From positions 806,001-870,000 of the forward strand of contig JBLDXI010000012.1 of the NCBI GenBank assembly GCA_047495785.1: a DNA stretch of 64,000 nt, in the 5' to 3' direction. This document shows positions 61,869-64,000 of the stretch, one piece after another (position 1 is the first letter of the stretch; every line of letters begins with the position of its first letter). Below the pieces are notes generated by a model. It did not search any database. It had not been told where the DNA came from and saw only the letters and a program-made list of their open reading frames with translations. This DNA comes from Lepidodermella squamata (taxonomy: Eukaryota > Animalia > Gastrotricha). Position numbers and translations under genes: made by a program.

Positions 61869-62328
61869 TTTGATTTATTGAATAGGACGGAACTTGGAAC
61901 TCGGAATTGTTGATGATGCCACTGCTTGAGATATTTTCAAGCTTTTATACACGATCATTTCATTTTTTGTGGCGCATTGGATTGATGAAGGTTGATTAAT
62001 GCGCATTAATTTGATTGGTTGTTGTATTCAAATCAGTAATTGAGAATTGGCCAACAGATAAGTATTGACGATTGACGAATTTCGACATGATGTTAGGGAT
62101 CTATCGTGTTCGATATGGTAGATCATTGTAATCCTGGTAGTCGACATGTCCCTTGACTTGCCCACACTATCTTTGCAATAAAATATACACGATGGAGTGA
62201 GCCCTCGTTAAAAGTAATAATAATTTAATAATAATAATACTTCTGCGCTTGTATATAGGATTGGATCATACTTGCAGTCAACCTCTACTCACAGTTCACA
62301 GTCATAAAAGTGTCATAGTAGAAATGTT

Positions 62329-63603
62329 ATGAGTGCCTCATTATTCTTGCGCTGCTTCAACCTATCTCTAAAAATATGCGCAACATGTCTCTACATTACG
62401 CTGCTCTTATTCCCAGCCTACATGTCAGTTTGCTCCCTATTCGATTTCATCGAAAAATTAAACGAAATTGCGGCCGAATCGAGAAATTCATCTGATACTA
62501 ATTGCTCGGAAATGTGGCCCGATTTAGAGCTATTTTTAACAATTCCACCTAATGCCGTTGGCGAAAAGGAATTTACGTCTTGGTTTTTGCCATCATTAAC
62601 TTTATTCTGGCCACTGAACCAACCGCTGAAACTTCTGCTTGTTACTGATAAGAGTGACGACGCAAAGTCGAACAATTTTACTGACAGAATGGAGAATCGA
62701 TCTTCAATTTTTCGACCTGATATAAAAATCAGGAGTGTCCTAACAGGCGAGCCGCCATTTTCTGACAGCGGCTGGCACAAATCTCAATACCTGAAATTTT
62801 GGGCCGATAATTTTACCTCGTCACAATTCGTCGGATTCGTCGATACTGATACAGTTTTCGTCACTCGAATTACAAAAGGAGACATTTTTCGCGACAATAG
62901 GCCGATAATTCGAGCGATTTACGGCCGGCCCAAACAATCAGATTCCCATTTTTGGCGGCTAGTCCCAGGTCGAACGTTCGCCTTTACCGGCTTCAAGGAG
63001 CCGTTCAATTGCATGTCTAATTTTCCAGTAGTCATCAACACCTCTCATCTCGAATTTATTCGCGAAATAATTCGGAAACAAACAAATCAGACGAATTTTG
63101 ACCTAGCTTTCAGACAGGTGGTAAAGCGGAGTTTTTATTCTGAATACAACATGATCTGCACAATTTTGTGGTGGCAATTTCGGGATGATTATTACTGGAT
63201 AATTAACGAATCCCAACCTGGCTGGTCTGAAAATATCGATGGGCAAGTTTTGAGTCTAGAGGAGGCCGGCATTTCGATTGGAATGATGAATCAAGTTACG
63301 CCACATTTAGCCATTCATTGGTCGCATCAAAAGCAGAAAATTGGGATGAATTTCGACCAAGTCATGCGTAAAGGTGTTTGCTATGCGTTTATTACCGAGC
63401 CGGATTTCGCTCGACCGGCATTTTGTTGGAGGTTTCGTTACCAGCCTAGGCGCAAATTAAACAGGCTTGAGTTTCAGTTTGAAACCGATGACTTTTCACG
63501 TCGTCCGGGTACTTTGCTGGCTCACTTTCGAAGAATTGCTCGAATATCAAAATGCCTACACGAATTCGATGCAGAAAAATTGGCGAAATTAGACACTGTT
63601 TGA
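62329..63603 (+). CDS. Intronless type II membrane GT-A-like (DxD) putative glycosyltransferase
   Basis: 424-aa ORF, N-terminal TM, GWHKSQYLKFWADNF...FVGFVDTD. Confidence 0.6.
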   Translation: MSASLFLRCFNLSLKICATCLYITLLLFPAYMSVCSLFDFIEKLNEIAAESRNSSDTNCSEMWPDLELFLTIPPNAVGEKEFTSWFLPSLTLFWPLNQPLKLLLVTDKSDDAKSNNFTDRMENRSSIFRPDIKIRSVLTGEPPFSDSGWHKSQYLKFWADNFTSSQFVGFVDTDTVFVTRITKGDIFRDNRPIIRAIYGRPKQSDSHFWRLVPGRTFAFTGFKEPFNCMSNFPVVINTSHLEFIREIIRKQTNQTNFDLAFRQVVKRSFYSEYNMICTILWWQFRDDYYWIINESQPGWSENIDGQVLSLEEAGISIGMMNQVTPHLAIHWSHQKQKIGMNFDQVMRKGVCYAFITEPDFARPAFCWRFRYQPRRKLNRLEFQFETDDFSRRPGTLLAHFRRIARISKCLHEFDAEKLAKLDTV

Positions 63604-64000
63604 AAATCGCCAGATAAAAATAATAAAATCAGAAGATTGTCCAGTTTTTTTGGTGAACTAATTTACTCAGGGCTCAGATGAATTCTGAAAATCATAACGA
63701 AATTAATAAACAAGAAAAGATCTGCAGCAGTGCGCGCTTGTAAAGAAAACCCTCAGGTATTTTCCTTTCCAAGAAATTTTTCGAAAGAACTTTGATTTTG
63801 AAGGTTGATTTCATAGACAACTCTATACAGATCGGAAACTAGCGATCTTCCTATAGTAAATAAATTCACACCAAAACGTGAAAAAGTGGGCACGCGACCT
63901 TCATTTTTATTCACTCATCGCCCTATCCGCCCATAGTAATTTTTCCGATTTTTAATTATTTTCTAAAATTCCCAGAGAAAATCTTTCATTTCCCAAAAAT

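Overview
Eukaryotic (metazoan, invertebrate-type) DNA from a compact, AT-rich genome with short (~45-60 nt) GT-AG introns, so most ORF-track entries are exon fragments or antisense shadows. The left half holds an array of divergent Cys-loop ligand-gated ion channel (pLGIC) subunit genes in two alternating types (B then A). Each B-A pair looks like a bicistronic/operon-like unit: gaps as short as 29 nt, TTTTAG acceptors just before the A-type ATGs, and no AATAAA between B and A. Also in the left half: four astacin-fold genes sharing the same catalytically dead active site and a 10-Cys C-terminal domain, a secreted 6xSushi + ankyrin fusion gene, two Schlafen/AlbA_2-like genes and several DNA-transposon relics with TIRs/TSDs. 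The right half holds six near-identical copies of a secreted, extremely basic (Ser-X)n/Lys-Gly-His-rich protein gene. Three copies are followed by a U6 snRNA gene and two by an unusual long small-heat-shock-protein gene. The right half also has two U3 snoRNA genes, three tRNAs, and Ly6, NPC2/ML, GalNAc-T, LamG-EGF, C2H2 and intronless GT-A-like genes. All calls are by eye; no database searches were run.
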